Source: Eubacteriales bacterium (lineage in GTDB: Bacteria > Bacillota > Clostridia > Oscillospirales > CAG-272). From it: a stretch of DNA of 64,000 nt. The first letter of the stretch is position 1, and every line of letters begins with the position of its first letter. The DNA is taken from contig JAZSHY010000014.1 in NCBI GenBank assembly GCA_045533505.1, positions 28,361 through 92,360 of the forward strand, read 5' to 3'. Shown here one piece after another: positions 63,448 to 64,000 of this stretch. The notes beneath the pieces were generated by a model, which worked only from the letters and a program-made list of their open reading frames with translations, was not told the origin of the DNA and ran no database searches. A program made the translations under genes and the position numbers.

Positions 63448-64000
63448 ATGGCTGAACCGAGATTAAGAACTGTAAATAGAGCTGTGCACCCATATCCCAT
63501 CAATCAATTTCCTTCTGCGTTTGTTGAGCGTTTTGCAGAAGAGATAGTTTATATGCTTGCCACAAAATCCACAATGTCATTAGAAGGCCCTGAGTGGGAG
63601 CAAATATTTGCGAATTGTATAGGAGCAGAATGGCATCCTTCTAATGTCGACTTGGACGATGTTGTGTTAAACAACTGCTGTTGGAGTGCCAAAACTGTGA
63701 AATCAGGTAGCAACATCGGTGAGCAAAAGACAGTTAGGTTAATAAGTGGCAGAAACTCACCTACATATAGTTTCGGTGTTGACAGAATCACAGAAGCCGA
63801 TCCGAATGAAATCGGCAAAATGGTTCTTGATATATGGAATGAGCGTGTATCAGGTATTCGTCAATATTTCAAGTTTGCAAGAACTGTTGTCTTAGTCAAG
63901 GGTCCGAACTATGACGAGTATTTGATATTTGAAACAGAAACCGTTCGTTACGATGTCGATCAGTTTGTGTTTGTATGGAACGATAGAGGTAATCTCGAAG
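63448..64000 (+). CDS. Partial ORF (184 codons, continues past the window): putative restriction endonuclease partner of the methyltransferase
   Basis: Not in the ORF track because it is open-ended. The ATG at 63448 follows GGGAGGAAG. Manual translation gives MAEPRLRTVNRAVHPYPINQFPSAFVERFAEEIVYMLATKSTMSLEGPEWEQIFANCIGAEWHPSNVDLDDVVLNNCCWSAKTVKSGSNIGEQKTVRLISGRNSPTYSFGVDRITEADPNEIGKMVLDIWNERVSGIRQYFKFARTVVLVKGPNYDEYLIFETETVRYDVDQFVFVWNDRGNLE..., with no stop. D..D(x10)SAK resembles a PD-(D/E)xK variant. The functional call is by context only. Confidence 0.5.
   Translation, partial: MAEPRLRTVNRAVHPYPINQFPSAFVERFAEEIVYMLATKSTMSLEGPEWEQIFANCIGAEWHPSNVDLDDVVLNNCCWSAKTVKSGSNIGEQKTVRLISGRNSPTYSFGVDRITEADPNEIGKMVLDIWNERVSGIRQYFKFARTVVLVKGPNYDEYLIFETETVRYDVDQFVFVWNDRGNLE

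Larger units (their letters stand above)
61839..64000. other. Low-GC compositional island (probable horizontally acquired DNA), right boundary outside the window
   Basis: Base composition switches from the strongly GC-rich host pattern to AT-rich immediately after the DUF1015 stop codon. Sample 60-nt lines give roughly 28-48% G+C by hand count. Codon usage of the two genes inside is A/T-ending. Confidence 0.8.

Overview
This is a high-GC Firmicutes/Clostridia-type chromosomal segment; hand-sampled lines run above 60% G+C. About 55 protein genes are densely packed. The last ~2.2 kb (from 61839) drops abruptly to AT-rich DNA.

Core content, left to right:
- a partial Sel1-repeat protein, an acyl-CoA synthetase and a YitT-family membrane protein
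- an unusual 1147-aa soluble ClpB-D2/FtsH fusion protease, a zinc-ribbon membrane protein and an AbrB-family regulator
- a complete spoIIIAA-AH sporulation operon, copA and asd
- an AraC-regulated amino-sugar cluster (two paralogous Gfo/Idh/MocA oxidoreductases, nagB, nagA)
- a COG4260-type SPFH/zinc-ribbon protein and a DUF1292 protein
- an ~11 kb minus-strand cluster: GldA/F-like ABC ATPase and permease, two GldG-like proteins, a DUF4340-like protein, and two extracytoplasmic trigger-factor/FKBP-like proteins flanking rnhA
- a gene-poor, repeat-bearing ~1.6 kb stretch
- acyl-ACP thioesterase, a Na/Pi cotransporter and hpt
- a THF riboswitch controlling folT-folC
- a pseudouridine synthase, tex, an msmX-like ATPase, pcrA and trkAH
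- an alpha-oxoamine synthase plus SDR pair, murD, a lipoprotein and a NifS-like cysteine desulfurase
- an orphan promoter-to-terminator unit with no ORF (candidate ~290-nt structured ncRNA) and a DUF1015 protein
- a low-GC island carrying an HTH-fused C5 cytosine methyltransferase, transcribed divergently from a partial ORF that is a putative restriction partner.

No rRNA, tRNA, CRISPR array, IS element or integrase was recognised.

The candidates most worth follow-up are the soluble two-ring AAA+/M41 fusion, the Gld-like ABC cluster with its chaperone-like partners, the orphan ncRNA, and the low-GC island that runs off the right edge.

All calls come from reading the translations and the sequence by eye. 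No database search or folding program was run. Family names are recognition-based and start codons are often provisional.
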